Below are positions 26,201 to 40,518 of a DNA stretch of 64,000 nucleotides, piece after piece. A program made the translations under genes and the position numbers. The DNA is from Lingula anatina (Eukaryota > Animalia > Brachiopoda): the NCBI GenBank assembly GCA_051362555.1, contig CM120640.1:24104225-24168224 (forward strand), given 5' to 3'. The notes under the pieces were generated by a model that did not search any database, was not told the origin of the DNA, and was given only the letters and a program-made list of their open reading frames with translations. The stretch's first letter is position 1. Each line of letters starts with the position of its first letter.

Positions 26201-29200
26201 ACTGAAACAACTGAAAAATTTATAAATTATGAACCACTTGTCACAGATTACCCACAAACAGACACTTGCTCACCCACTCTCCAGCTTTACAGTAAAGAAA
26301 GACAATGAAAAAGAAAAGGAATGTACAGCAAGAGGCTAAAAAAAGATACATATATTGTGGTCTTGGTAAAACAACATACTTTCTGGATATCAAATCATGC
26401 TTGTTGTCCCTGCAGGAAACAACAACAATTCAATAAAATATTTCGTCACTGAATGGAAATGCCTGTCTTTGTTTCAAATGTGAAACAGGAAATTGTTTTA
26501 ATCTGAGTATAAGGGCATCAGATTTTGGGATTTTTTTGTCTTCGTTTTACTTGAAATACTGAAACTAGGATAAAAATTCAGGTTAGTTTCATACTTAGGA
26601 CAAGTGGTTGAATCAAATGTACTTTCCATTATTCAACTGAGGATGTACCTACATGTACTGCAGGCTGGTGACCACAACAATTTATTTTTTATAATTTTTT
26701 TTGTGTCAGAATATCTTATGTCTCACCCAAATAGCATCCGTAATTTTTTCTTTCCAGATGCAATAAATAAAAATATCTTCAACAAAATTTTTGTATACTA
26801 ATTTTAAAACTTTCCACATTCTTGTGCATGAATTACCCCCCACCCCAAAAAAAGACAATTTTCAAAGAACATCTACAAAGAACACACTGAATTCCACAGT
26901 TCAATTCCTGTCCTTACACATCAGCAAAGAAAAAAGGGAAACAGTTTTCATGAAAAACAATGCACACTAAAAGTCACTGTTATTGCTCATGCACCATATG
27001 TTTTCGTACAAGAGGAAACAGCAAGCCATAGTGTGGGACAGTGCAGTGAATGTCCAAAAGTCTTGTGTGTTACAGGGACTGGACTGTGTGAGTGTGTGAG
27101 CTACAACAGGTGCTTCATTAGAGTGCAAAAGTGTGGGCTCCACCTTTCTAAACAGCTCAATGTATCATCTACTGTCATTAAGCTGACATATGATACTGGG
27201 ATAGATCATCTGTGCACCAACTTCATACTGTAACACCTTGTGGCATACTGGCGTGAATATTGATAAGTATTGCCTCATACTTCACTGTACTTGATAATTC
27301 CAGCATGCTTTTACAAGCTCATAATACACTCATAGAGTGTCAAATAAAATGGTTTCGTAATTTCACCAATTGTAAAAACGAAAATCATGTAATATGCACC
27401 TAATTGTGGTAATCTTATCCACTTAATTTTCAAATCTTTTTTTTTTTTTCTGGTGAGCATAAAAATATTGCAAAATATTCTACACATCTGCAAAAGGTTG
27501 TAGCTGATCATCTTGATATAAGAATAAAATTATTATCTCCTTCAATATTGTAAATGTGTAGATTCATTAACCTTTGATCAACCTCTGAGGGCAGCATTGT
27601 TGTCTCATATTGCCAGTGGATTACAAGTCCAGAACAAAGCCTCAGCCATGGAGCAGTGCGGACATCCGTCCAGCTGGACACAAACACTGAAAAGCTGGCT
27701 CCCTGCTGTAAAGGCATCATAAACACCTACAGCCATGATTAGAGATGAATAGGGGGGCGATTCTTGCCCAGAAATATTAGCAACAATTTCAGTCCAGATA
27801 GTGTGAACGCAAAGGTTTTCTCTCCGACTTGTAATAAATTTATTCATTATGAGGGAATTTTCTTGTCAAATTTGTCAATTGTCGAATGAGTTTCACCTGT
27901 CACCTTGAGCGGATTACAAGATTTCGTGATGAAAACATCATTAGAGGCTTGGAAGATGAGCATCTTAAACACCATTGTCTGCGATAAGCTTCTTTCATTG
28001 AGAAAAAGGATAAGAAAAGAAAAGAAAAAGACACTTTTTTCTGAAATGTCAAAGAGACAAGCATCCTATTTTCACATATTTTTTTTCAACTGAGGCAATT
28101 ATTATTTTATACTGTGGATTTATTCTATGACATACTAAAAATATTACACATATGATTTACCACTTGCAGAAACAGATTTTTTTCAAAATATTTACATAAA
28201 AGCCTTTATTGACCAAGGTTCAGTCTAAATTTGCCCACAACTAGCAACTTGAGTGTAAGCCAGGAATTTGATGCAGAGAGACAGGAGTCATGAAAAGAAG
28301 ATCAAATGTCAAAAACTAATTGTTAAAATGGCCTTAATTGCCTGCTACTTTGGAAGACAACAAGTTCAGTAAACATTGTTTAAAGAGGCACATCCAAAAC
28401 ACTAATAACTGACGTCAACAGTCATCCATATCAAATGTAGACACCCGCAAACAATAACTGCACCCAAAATTTTTTTTAGCCCAGGTAAAGCAACCCGACT
28501 GCCAAGTGATGGGTGAGTTCGATTGTTTTAGTTTTAAGGAAGATGGCGTTGATGTGTTGGATGTTCCTGGAGCAATTTTTCCTAGAGATCAGCTCTCTGG
28601 ATGCCCAGCAGGGCCACTCAGGACACCCAGGTGGTGAGGAGAGTTCTCCAGTGCATTCATGTGTGTGCATTTCTAACCCTCACAATACAATAATACAATT
28701 ACATAATAACTTAACTGAGCGGGGAACTTGTGACACTTTCTGCAAGTTAATTTTTCCATGCTTGCACTGATTAAGATGCATGGGCACAAACAAAATCAAA
28801 TTGTATGGCTGTTTAATTTAATTTCTAATAACACACATGGTTGGTTGTTACAGCTATTTTCCTTAAGGTTGTCAAGTGTTAACAACTCCATTAGGACTTT
28901 CCTTTAAGTTTCTTTCTTCTAGAACTAATCATAAAAACATGTACAAAAATGAGAATTTTCAACTTAAACTTGGTTGGACAATTCTGATTTATCTGTTTTT
29001 GTCCTAACAATAATACATAAATATTGTTTTTTCATCTTCTTTCTGTGTACAAAGAAAATTCTTTTTTATCTACTGGTAAATCTTGGCATTGAAAAAATAT
29101 ATTTTAGTTGTCAGAACCAGTGGCCCACAAAAAGGGGGCTCTGGGTAAGTTTGATGTCTCTGTACAAATACTTGTGTAAAATTGTTTGAAAAATGAAAGC

Positions 29201-29656
29201 AGTCACATAATCTTTTCAACACATGGTTACATAGCAAACTGCAGAGCTGTGCTTTTGTAAAATCTATCCCTGCAGAAAAGAAAAATGAACTTTGCAACCC
29301 TACTCTCAATGAACTATGAACTCAACTTGTGAAGATATAAAAAAATACAACAATTTCTTGATCATTTCAGTTCACTACCAGTAATTTCAGCTGGCGTACA
29401 ATTTATGGGATGAAATAATAACCTCCCAAAAACTCTCGTTTACTGTTTTTCACAATTTACAAGACATTCTTTCAATTTTTTATAATTATACTTCAAAGGG
29501 ATTTTCACATGGATAGAATTCACTGAATCTTTTAAGAGTTTTTTCTTTAAGCACCAAAAATAGAAAAATGCTGAACCAACAAGTTGCTGGAAAATACACT
29601 TACGAATCTTCTTATTTTTCTTCCTAGAATACTCTTCCTATAGCTTGCTATAGAGA

Positions 29657-29923
29657 GGGCATTCAGAGAAACCCATCATTCTAGCTGGATAGATCCAACT
29701 CTGTGGGGATTCTCACTTAAGCGTAGTCAGTGTAATCAGCTTAATTGTCAGACATGCCTCCTTGGGAGTAATTAACTTATTAACATGCTTGGCTCTTGAA
29801 AGCTCTTTCACTTGAGGAGGAAAGTCAGTCAACTAAGCTGATTTCATTAAATGCACTTTAGCAAGAACCCCCACAGATTTGGATCGATCCAGCCTGTATG
29901 ATGGGTTTATCTGAATGTGGTCC
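29657..29923. mobile_element. Foldback MITE (CATTCAGA.AAACCCATCAT family)
   Basis: CATTCAGAGAAACCCATCAT..GCTGGATAGATCCAACTCTGTGGGG is inverted at the right end as CCCCACAGATTTGGATCGATCCAGC..ATGATGGGTTTATCTGAATG. Confidence 0.85.
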
Positions 29924-32900
29924 TACTTTCATTAAAAATTGAAACACTAGCATAACATAGCTGGATTTTCTGCATTCAGTTTTTTTTTTGCAATTTGTTT
30001 TTGGCTGTTTTTTGCTCATCACAAATGCCTTTCAAAATTAATGAAAAAGAAAAAAAGAAAAAAAAAAAGAAAAAAAAAAAAGAAACTGATAGCCAAATAT
30101 GCCCCCAAGTGGTGTCCCCCCCCCTTTTTTTAAACAAACCTGCTGTTTATTATAAATCATTACAACACATGTGCTGTCGTTTATTGATTTTTTTTGCAGA
30201 CGACTTGAAGTAATGTTGACCAATGGGGGCTACAGCAGAGTGGAGCTGTTGATAAAGACAATATGGTGAGGTAACAGGGTGCAGCAGTCTTTAGTTTTAA
30301 ACACAAAGAGCCTGCCACTACAAAACCATTGACTTCTGCCCCTAACAGACACACAGCCCTATCAGATGCCACAGAAACAGATGGCAATTTTATTACAATT
30401 TTATTACTAAGAGGTGCTAAGTTACTGCACATCTGCAGTTGGTCTGTGTTCCTTAGAGCTGCTAATCTAGATTAATTGATTTTAGTTTGTTTTTTAAACA
30501 GTGCCTCCAAAGTGATTAATTGTGTGCAGAGTTAGTAATAGCTTGTACCAGTAATGTGATATGTTTTTCTTTTAAAATGGACCCCACTCTGTAAAAAAAA
30601 GCCTTTATAAGGGACACTATTTTCAATCCCCTCCAGCCAACTCTATTTCTACAAAGCTGATTTAAGATCAATTCAGATATAAAATTTAAAAACCTGACAT
30701 CAACTAAAGAAAGAGAGCAAAGAAACATTCATACAATGTTGTTAAAACAGATGTATATCATGTAAAATTGGACAAGATGTGGAATACTATCCTTAAAACA
30801 ATCCCCTGACAACTTTTCACAAAAAATCAAATCAATCATTCCATAGAGATAGGATTTCGATTTGATTTGAAATACAAGACATTTCAGTGGTGAAATGAAA
30901 CTGACCGGTTCTGATGTACCTGTCTCTTTATAAAAAGAAAATCACCTGACCTTGAACATCTTGTTTTCCGTGACTGATTTTATGCCGCATTAACTTCAAA
31001 AGGACCTGCATAAAGATATTTAAAACTTGCAACAAAAAGAAGAAATACTATAGTGGCAATATTATCAGGGTCAAAACAACTTTATCCTGCACATTTTTTT
31101 GTTACAGATACATGAAGCAGTTTTTGCTGTCAAGTGATGCTGATACTTTATGGACTCTCATGTGATAATAAATAAGTGTTGTTGAAAGCATATGGGATTA
31201 CTGGTCCACATCTACACTGATCTCCTTCACTTTAACCTTCCACAGATAGATCACATGTTCTGCAAATTAAATTTTAAAGTACAAAAGAGTACAGTAAGCA
31301 TAAAGGGTGCTGTTCCCAGAAAACAAGAGTGGAGGGAGCCAATGGAAGTGATTGATTACAAGTACGGTACTTAAACCCATGTCCTCACATGACAACACAG
31401 CACATGTAACACAAGAAATGTGTATCACCTTAGTGCAGGAAAAGCCTTCTAAAAAGTTACAGCTACGGGTTTATGGCACAGGTTTGAGGTTAAGACAGGT
31501 GACAATTACTGTATAGAAGATGCTCCTTTGTACCCCATGTCCCCTCTTGATATCACATACAGTACACAGGTCTGTCATATAGATATATACCTTTTCCCGG
31601 ATAAAATGGTCTATATAAACATATAAAATTTATTCAAGATATTCAAAAGTATTCACAATAAGATATGGATATGAGGGGCCAAATTTAAAATGACTTATAA
31701 TGAAATAAGCACTGATTCAGACCAAGGAAACAACAGAATGAAATATCAAAATCCCAAGAAACTGTCTGAAATTTGCTCTTTTTTAATAATCTAATTCTTT
31801 CCTAATAATCTTATTCTTCTGAAAATCTGTACATTTGTAACGAGACTTTTTTTTTCTCTTTAAAACAACAGATTCCATCAATATCTTCTCTTTTGGGAGC
31901 GTCTTCTTGTCTCATTATATCAACCCCAAACTCTGCAAGCAGCAGTCTAGATAAGATGTCCCTCCCCCCTTATACAAGAACATCATGTACTGTACTACTG
32001 AAGAGTTCAGTTGAGTGTATCACTGTATGATATCTCACTTAGGAGATAAATAAGTCAGAAGAATGGGCCCAGTGGAAAGATGACTGCAAGGACCCCAAAT
32101 GAGCAGCCATTTAGGGGCATCATTATGTCATCCTCCAGATGTCTCCCTACTACCAATAAAAGATGATGAATATCCCAGTATGACACAAGGTTGATCTTAC
32201 TGGAGTTATGAGACAGCATTACAACAATATGGTTTAAGATGACAGAAAAAGGGGGCTTCTGTCAAGCATTACATCACACATCCAAGGAGGGATTTGCCTT
32301 CCTTTTCTTAAGGCACACCTTAATTTCGTATGGCCTTTTGACCACAGCTTTATTCAATGCACAGATCATTAGTCTCTGTCTGTGCAGTTAAAGAGCTTAA
32401 AATCACCAGATGGCAAATCATGACTTATTATTATTAGCTATCATTATTGCAGTAAAAGGCTAGCATTCTGTGTGTATGGCTGCTTGTAACATGTGGTCAT
32501 TTATGATACACATAATGATTTCAATTAAGAGTGGACTGGCTACTCACACCAGTGGAAGTGAAGGAGTTCACATGCAGGATTTCTTTTGTATGCGACCTCA
32601 AAAACTCAGCATAAAGTTCGCTGTCAGCACGCCAGGACAGCTGTAAATCAGAACTTTATATGACTGTTGCATGCTTTTACATCCATGATATTAATATGAC
32701 AAAGCTATTTACATAATACTTTGTAACATTTTAACTTAGCATTGTTTCCACAAAATTCTTGACCATAATAACATCCAAAATGCTAATATTTATCAATATG
32801 GCAAATTAAAATCAATTATAGCTTGGAGATTGAAATTAAAGTCTTTATTTTTTTCTTAAAGGAGATGAGGTATGATCATATTTAAATGTGGACATGTGGC

Positions 32901-33405
32901 AAAATGGTAGGGGTTTACATTTCATTTTCTACCAATATCATTACTGAGCACCTTACAAAAATAAAATGTCAATAACAGAATGGTTACCTTATGATTAAAA
33001 TCTAGAAGTTAAAAAAAAGCTATCAGGTACTCTAGCACAGATCAAACTGATGAAAGGGGGACATGAGAAAACATCTAAAACATCTAATTTACCAAACCCT
33101 CTGGATTAACCTACTGGTGCCAAGCTTCAGTGGTATAATCACTAATCAAACATATAATTGCAATAAGAGAGATAAAACTGGTGGGCTCAGGCACCTTACT
33201 TGTTCTTTCAAGCAGACACAAAAAGTGAACTGGACATCTCACAGCCAATCTATGCAATACAGTTTGGCCAAAGGTAGCTAAATCTAACAAAAATTAATAC
33301 TTAATAAATTAATCAATAATTTTTGACCCTGGGCAAATATTAAATGGTCATGCTATGCACTGTCTCAGCCAGATAACCCCCAAATCACCCCAAGATGTAC
33401 AAAAA

Positions 33406-33590
33406 GACCTTGATACCCCTTCTTCCTGCACTGCCCCAGACATCTAACCCCTAAACCTCTAAACCTGCCCTGAAATCTAGACTGGGACCTTGATATCCTT
33501 TCTTCTTGCACAGCCAAAGCCAGCTAACCCTTAAACCTTGCCCTGAAATCTATACTGGGACCAGGACTGTGATATACCCCTTCCTCTTGC
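33406..33590. repeat. Degenerate tandem repeat, ~73-80 bp unit, ~2.4 copies
   Basis: GACCTTGATA.CC.TTCTT..TGCAC.GCC...CTAACCC.TAAACCT...GCCCTGAAATCTA.ACTGGGACC repeated. Confidence 0.8.
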
Positions 33591-36500
33591 CCCTAGATAT
33601 GGCCTAAAATATCCATGACAACTAGAATATCCATGACAACTACATCTGCAATGACATGGACTGATAACTCCGAGCGAACTTTGTCAGGGGAACGAGCATG
33701 AATCACCACCATCACCATCATCTTGTGATGTTTAACCAGACCCTGAGTAAGAACCCCATGATTTCACCCTATCTCAACATGCGATGTGCCACTTGAAATG
33801 CCACTATGACACCGGTTGCCTCCAGGTGCCCGGAATACTGCACAGGTGACGCCTAGCTTCTGCTATGTCAGATGCAAATAGGACCTAGGTTCATTCTACC
33901 CACAGCAGAAACAAGTAGAGGTTTCCATTTTTATATTCCGCCTTAGAGAATATTCAAAATGAGATTAGACAGCTGCATATGCTTATAGCCAATAAACTTA
34001 ATACACATCTTTCTTTTCATGCAACCATATTGATTTTCTATAAAAAAAAAAAAAAAAAAACAAAATTGGAAAATAAATCAAAATTGAAATATAGAACTTT
34101 GGACTGAAAAAAATAAACCGAGGAACTAAAAAACAACTAATCTTACATATATACATTCTCAAACATACAACACATTATGGGCAAGTGATGTCAATGAAAA
34201 GTATATAGGAGGCTCAATCTCATGTAGCACCATTATGTTTCATGTACAGGCAACAGGTCTGTAACAAAACCCCCATAGGACTAAACTTTCAATTCCATCA
34301 ACAGAGTCTGTTATTATATGATTCCTATCAGTTGACTATGTGATTTCCAGCCAATGTCATATAAGGCTACACTGTATGCACAGCTTGGGGGATATGCTTG
34401 CATGCACTGCTGAGCACCCAGGACATTTTCCCTAGTTAAAAATGATACTGTCACTGATAAAAAAAAAGACGAGACTCTTAATTGTCATGCAACAAATACT
34501 GCTACATATATAAATCTACGGTATGGCTGTTTGCATGCCAAGCATACTGCAGGGGTGGCTAATGCATAGAATGCTGATTAAATACATAACAAGTGGTTAG
34601 TAAAAAGGTATGTTTTGATACGCTGGAATGGGGTTTGACTGTAGTATGCAAAACATTTTGCCTTATTTCCCTTCTGTTTTAAGGTTAAGTATGCTACGGC
34701 ATCATGTTGGAATCAATAGATATGGTTGGCAAAATGTTTTTAAAAAATGCATCACAATCAGTTTAATTTGCCGTAAAACCGCAAGCTGAAGCTGGAGGCC
34801 ATAAATAAGCTTGCAAATTGCCGTTTTTTACAAGTGATGAAGTCTAAATATGGCCCTTTCCTTGGTCACCCCATTCCCAGGTCCTTCAAAACATCTGATA
34901 GCCCACCTGTCAGGTAAAATCAATTTTATGTGCCACAAAATTTTTTTACACCACAAATAAACAGGACTCATAAGTCACCATTCACATAATTCATCATCGA
35001 CCGTATAATATTAGTTGAAAAACTCATTAAAACACTAGTGTTTTAAAGCAAAGTCAAAAAGTATGTTCAAAAGACAAAGAAGGGATTTATAGCAATGTAA
35101 ATCAGGTCCTTCATTCTCCTTTAAATTTTTCTCAATAAAACTAAGATTTAAAAAATGCTCCCAATTGCAAAAACTTAAAAATACAAACTGTCTGCCACCC
35201 AAAAGCATTAATTAGCAAGTATCTAGACAGGGTCTTGAATGCATTATGTACAACGTAGATGTGCAGGCCTGTATACATTGAAACTTTGAAATTTAAGAAG
35301 TACATAATGCTCTGTTTTGCCAGTGACACTAGGAGAGAGAGTCCTATTCAATCTCATTGGCTATGCTATGTAATACTTGGGTCTGTGTGGACCATACCTG
35401 TGCCCTGACCTGCCAGGGGCTAAGGGAAAACATGGAAGATAAAAAGCTCTGCTAGAAGGCAGGATATGCTGGTCACAGGGTCAGCTGCCCCAGGGCTGAG
35501 GGGTCAGGTTAGGGCCATGCCCCTCCCCACACCTCTAGCTAAAACAACAACCATGTTATCTTCAGGGGGTTTTCATTTCAATTTATAAAACATTGATGAG
35601 ACTGTACTGTTTGGAGAGGTTTTATCAGTTTGATAACATTGCTAACACTTGAACATATTTGGTAAGATCCAATGTTTAAGAATCTGTAGTGTAAGATGAC
35701 ACTTAAAATCCTGTACCTGTGACTCTTCTACTATAGCATATGATCCTGTGTTTCTTTTTTAAAAAATCTACCTTAAACATAAACCACCCTATGAAATAAG
35801 TATACAGGAAATGAATAAGTGAAAACTGTTTTTAAAAACAGACACTCATGCCCCCCTCTCTCTGTAGCCCTGGAGTAAGAAATTATACACATATCCTTGC
35901 CTGGGGTGACATCGGCATTTTACCCTTATGTCACCCTATATGATGGTAACCAAAAAATGTGCATGTAAAGGATTCTGTCTTGACAAGAGGAACAAATTAC
36001 ACGCCAGAACAAAGCATGACACTTACAATAATTGTGTATTAATTGCCGAAGTAAACACGAGAAAACCGACCAAAATTTATGATCCATGCCAGAGAAGAGT
36101 GGCACGATGTTTGAATTGACTCATACACTGGGGTTGTTATAATTTACTGCGACATGGCTCCTCCCCTTGTGCAATTTGAATAGCTGACAGAAGAATAAAA
36201 TACACGCTTGTGGTCGCCTATCTAGTTAACCCTGATGCCAGATTGTCCCAACTTAAAACACCACACACAAAGACTCGGACAATAAATCTTTAGGATCTGT
36301 ACATCATACTTGATGCCATGGAGCAGACTTTTTTGTGCCATTTTGTGAGTGACTGTACTTTGTGGTATTACATTGTCCATACCTGATGACTCGAAGAGAT
36401 AGACAGCACTTACAGTGGTCAACTAAGAGCCAATGTTGACTAATAATGCTATGGGATATTTGGGGTCAGCTATAAGAAGTGCATTAATGCACTACTGGAA

Positions 36501-37925
36501 TATGTCTGAGGCAATTTTTACAACTCCGTCAACTTCTGGCTGCATGACTATATCAAACGAGATACTTTTTTTTTACTATTCAAGTATAACTTCATGTTCA
36601 TTAGTTTTTACTGTTGACTTTTCAAGGCCATTCATATTGCCCCATTTATTTTAGAATAATCCTGAGACAGAGGTACTATAACAGCGACTAGTAGCTTATT
36701 TTAATTTATACAGCATTCAGTTAAAATGTCTTTTCTACAAACTCATCCACACGGGAACTTAAGCTACTCATCCAAAAAGGGTAAAAATAATGTGCTCAAG
36801 ACTTCATAATGCCTGGCAAGCTAAAATAAAGATGTGATTTATATCATTTAAAGATTTTTTTCTACACACATTTACTTAAATGTGTGACATAGGATACACT
36901 AGTCTGACACACTAAAGAAAAGAATATTGTACTGAAAATTCTAATGAACCACGAACATGTAAGGTTCAAATGTACCGAAAGAGCATTGACAAAAAGTCAG
37001 AACAAAAACTAAGATGATAAACAATCAGCTTGTTGTAATACAGGTCGGTTCAAAGATTAATACTGGTTAAGTTAAAGGCATGAATGTTGAAAGCAATTTC
37101 CTGTTGTACAATTTGACGGTGATACTTTACTATAATCCTTCTCCCATTAATGAGATAAATCACTGTGTATTGTGGAGGTAATGTTAAAGTTAAATACTGA
37201 GTAATTTAATGGGGGTCCAGAGTTCTCTTTATGGGGCAAAACAAACAATTTCCATTCTAGATTTCAGTCCCGTGTTCCTGACAGTTCACGAAATTTATCA
37301 CTCTTTGAACAAAGTTTTGACCTACATTTTGGGGAATAGATGCAGAATGTTTGTGCAAGAAAACATGTGTCCCCCGTGTCAACTCCCTCGTTCAAGGCCG
37401 GTTACCTTTGTGTTCCTCTCACTGCTGACTTAATCATATCACTCACTGATAACAGGTTGAAAGACCAGGAAACCACCCCACTCTGATGACTCAATAACAG
37501 GACACGTGGACCCAGGGACAAACATCTTCCGACTCCATGCTATGACAACAGGACACACTGCAGTACTGTACACGTGATTTTTACTTTAGTGCAAGAAATT
37601 TATGTGAAAAAAATATACATAGAAATATGCAAGACATTTAACAAAAAAATCAGAGGTATGTTAAAAATTAAGAGATCTATACTTGTGCACTTGCAGAAGT
37701 TATGTAAAATATTTTTCTCCTAACTCCTAATATTAGAGAAATGTATCTAAAAAACTGCAGTGTGTTCTAAATACGTATGAGTGAGTGTCTGTCTTTCTTA
37801 GTTGAGAAACCAGCTGACATCTTCTGACTATTTGATATCTTTATTTCTGAATAAATAATAGCTGAATATGTAAATTCACCCTTTTTTTGACAAAATACAA
37901 CAACAGGATGACCCCCCTGACCCAC

Positions 37926-38040
37926 CTGTCCTTCCACCCTGCCCAGCCGTGAGGTGATGGTCAGTTTGGCACGATCTGCTGCAGTACTTGTGCCATTTTT
38001 ATCAAACCATGCCCCTGGTTTGCCTATAGTTTGATCTAAT
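37926..38040 (-). CDS. KCNQ1: KCNQ1-like exon 13 (C-D linker, first half of helix D)
   Basis: ctttcag|A..CAG|gtgggt; LDQTIGKPGAWFDKNGTSTAADRAKLTITSRLGRVEGQ; 115 nt, phase 2 to 0. Confidence 0.93.
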
Positions 38041-38287
38041 CTGAAAGCCAAACAAAATACAAATGCTGTCAAGGTATTAAAATAACATTTCTACACATTA
38101 CTTTAAAATCAGTGTAGTGACATAATATGTGGTCATATCATCATCTTCAGGCCTGTTCACATGTGGGCAAACTTAAATCAGCAAAACACTAATTTTCTCA
38201 TTGGGTTTCTGCGGACAACTGCGTATTACACTGTCAGCCTTTTACAAATGGCATGTTCATCAGATGTGATGATGGCCAACAGTTTGG

Positions 38288-38321
38288 GTGATCTCTGGAC
38301 TAAGTGATCTCTGGACTAAGT
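38288..38321. repeat. Exact 16-bp tandem duplication GTGATCTCTGGACTAA x2 (similar two-copy duplications near 18513, 33608 and 61035)
   Basis: Read directly. Confidence 0.85.
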
Positions 38322-38675
38322 TTGGTGTAAGTGTGAATGCAACCTGTAAAAGTCTCCTCAATGTAACAGACCATGAGTCTGATGACTGCAGCAAGAAACA
38401 CAATCACTGTGCCTCACTAACACAATCACACCTGAGAGGATTTCAACTCTTTTTCAGTAACTTTATCATAAAATACCCCATAAAATAACTTTCTGGTTGT
38501 ACATTTTATAATACAAATTGCATGCTTCTAGGGGTGAGTAGCAATAACATTACTTTAATGTATTTTTAATACTTATAAGGTCCATAATTTGCATTTTTTT
38601 ACTCCTTACTTCCTTAAAAATACTTCTTAAAAAGTCACTGTACCTCCACCAAATTTTGTGGAGCATTGCTATTTA

Positions 38676-38792
<117 letters not shown>

Positions 38793-39059
38793 TTAGGTAA
38801 ATGCAAGTATAACTTATCTGAGAAAAAAACAAAAATATTTCTGTCTTGTATGTCAAATGCAACTGTTCTACAACTGTTCACACTAGCAAAAGGTCAGACA
38901 GATCTAAAATTTTTCTATTTGGAAGTCACAAAATTCAACTGGCACTGAGATGTTGGGAAATACAGAAACACGCTCTACATATATACATGGAATTATATTT
39001 CAAAACTTAAATAGGCTTGAATATTTTAACTTATCAATTTGACATATTTTCCCACTTAC

Positions 39060-39135
39060 TTGGAATTTTCTTCTAGCCACAAAATATTTTATTCTTCTTA
39101 TTACTCGTATTGCACATTTATGAGATTCTGTAAGT
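39060..39135 (-). CDS. KCNQ1: KCNQ1-like exon 11 (helix B, calmodulin binding)
   Basis: tttcag|A..CAA|gtaagt; QLTESHKCAIRVIRRIKYFVARRKFQ; 76 nt. Confidence 0.95.
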
Positions 39136-40039
39136 CTGAAATAAGACAAGATAAATAAAAGAAAACCAAAACAACACTAACTAGATGGCAGAACTAAGGT
39201 TTTTGCTCCTTCATGAAAAAAATGGTGTCAGTTGAGGCATTTTGTGATACTTCTTTTTTTTTATTCTTCCTTTTTGAGAATAGTCAGATGTTTCATCTGC
39301 CATTTGATTTGGAAAAGATGTACTAACTGCAAAAATAAAGGTTAACATGAAATCAAAACTAAATTTTCCTTTGTAGGTACACTAAATGGTGCTAGCTCAA
39401 AGTAATGAAAGTTCACTAATGTTTCTCTAAACAAAATTCTATGTAAATGTTCTTTAGTTTGATTCCAATAAAAACCTCGTGGGTACAAAATTAATCTACC
39501 ACATTAAGAAAAATCATTCACGAATCAGTTTCACTTAAAAGGAAACAAAAAAACACCGTTTCTTTTATTCAGATTGGGAATTGATTTTCATACAGTGCTC
39601 AATCCACTTAATTGCTTTTAGTTCCCTAATGGCAAGGATCTAATTTCAAATTAGTAGAACAATACCATGTAAATTTCAATATAACTGTAGGCATTTTAGA
39701 TTTGTTTCAGGAAGTACATGCTCATTAGCAAACTTCAGTGCTGTACATGATTTCTTAAGGATGTAAGTGGGAGTAAGTAGATAAATGGTAAAAAGGGCAC
39801 AAAGATTAAGATATGAATAGACTATTTTCAATCAAGTTATATTGTATAAAAAATGCATAAGAAAACCAGCATATAACACCATGTTTGACAATTTACTTAT
39901 AATCACAACTGACATTTTCTTACTTTCTGGTTATACAATAATTTACATGTAATGGGTAAATTATCAAAAAAAAAAACCCCTGAAATTGAGGAAGCAAGAA
40001 CAATATTTTCCATATGTTTTGAATTCACCGTGTACTCAC

Positions 40040-40151
40040 TGAACAACCCGCTGAGTTTCAACGTCTACATGCATATCTGACTCGTACTCAGGAGGAGCAT
40101 CAGTGGCTCCACCTGGGGAGGGTTTTAATTGAAGATCTGTCTTCATTTTTG
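40040..40151 (-). CDS. KCNQ1: KCNQ1-like exon 10 (A-B linker)
   Basis: ttttttag|CA..CA|gtgagt; AKMKTDLQLKPSPGGATDAPPEYESDMHVDVETQRVV; 112 nt; phase 1 to 2 bridges exons 9 and 11 exactly; supported by splice sites and phase rather than homology. Confidence 0.85.
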
Positions 40152-40518
40152 CTAAAAAATACAAAAGTTATGTCTTTTAACTTAAAATTTTGTTGTCTAA
40201 TTAATTAAGTAATATGTAACATCCCTAGAAAACTCAAACAAAAGAGAAATTGAATGACTCAATAAGAATCTAGATTCTCTTTAAAAAGTTTAAATAACAG
40301 AATACTGAAATTAATCTTACCGGAATGTCTAAATGAAGTGATCAAACCACCATCCTGAACTACCAAGGCAACATTTCACTTGATATCAGAAAAGGAATCA
40401 TAAAATTAAACAGCTCCCAATTATTACTTCAATGAGGATATTAAGCAGCTGTTTCTCCTGCAGCATAACTAATGCATAATTAATGTTTTTTTTCTTTTTC
40501 TTCAAGAAGATACCTTAC

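Noticed and set aside
27033-27847. Cys-rich ORF and neighbouring ORFs as a nested gene in the last intron
   Set aside because: No recognisable domain and no consistent chain of splice sites and phases
33698-33796. Plus-strand short ORF MNHHHHHHLVMFNQ.. resembling a His tag
   Set aside because: A (CAC/CAT)n simple repeat in a 32-aa ORF; no vector context or coding support
40514-40518. Alternative donor AAG|gtatct for exon 9
   Set aside because: Phase 0 would give CAA AAA TGA in the next exon; only the phase-1 donor at 40519 keeps the frame
40152-40518. KvDMR1/KCNQ1OT1-like antisense promoter
   Set aside because: The equivalent intron is 367 bp, AT-rich and has no CpG island
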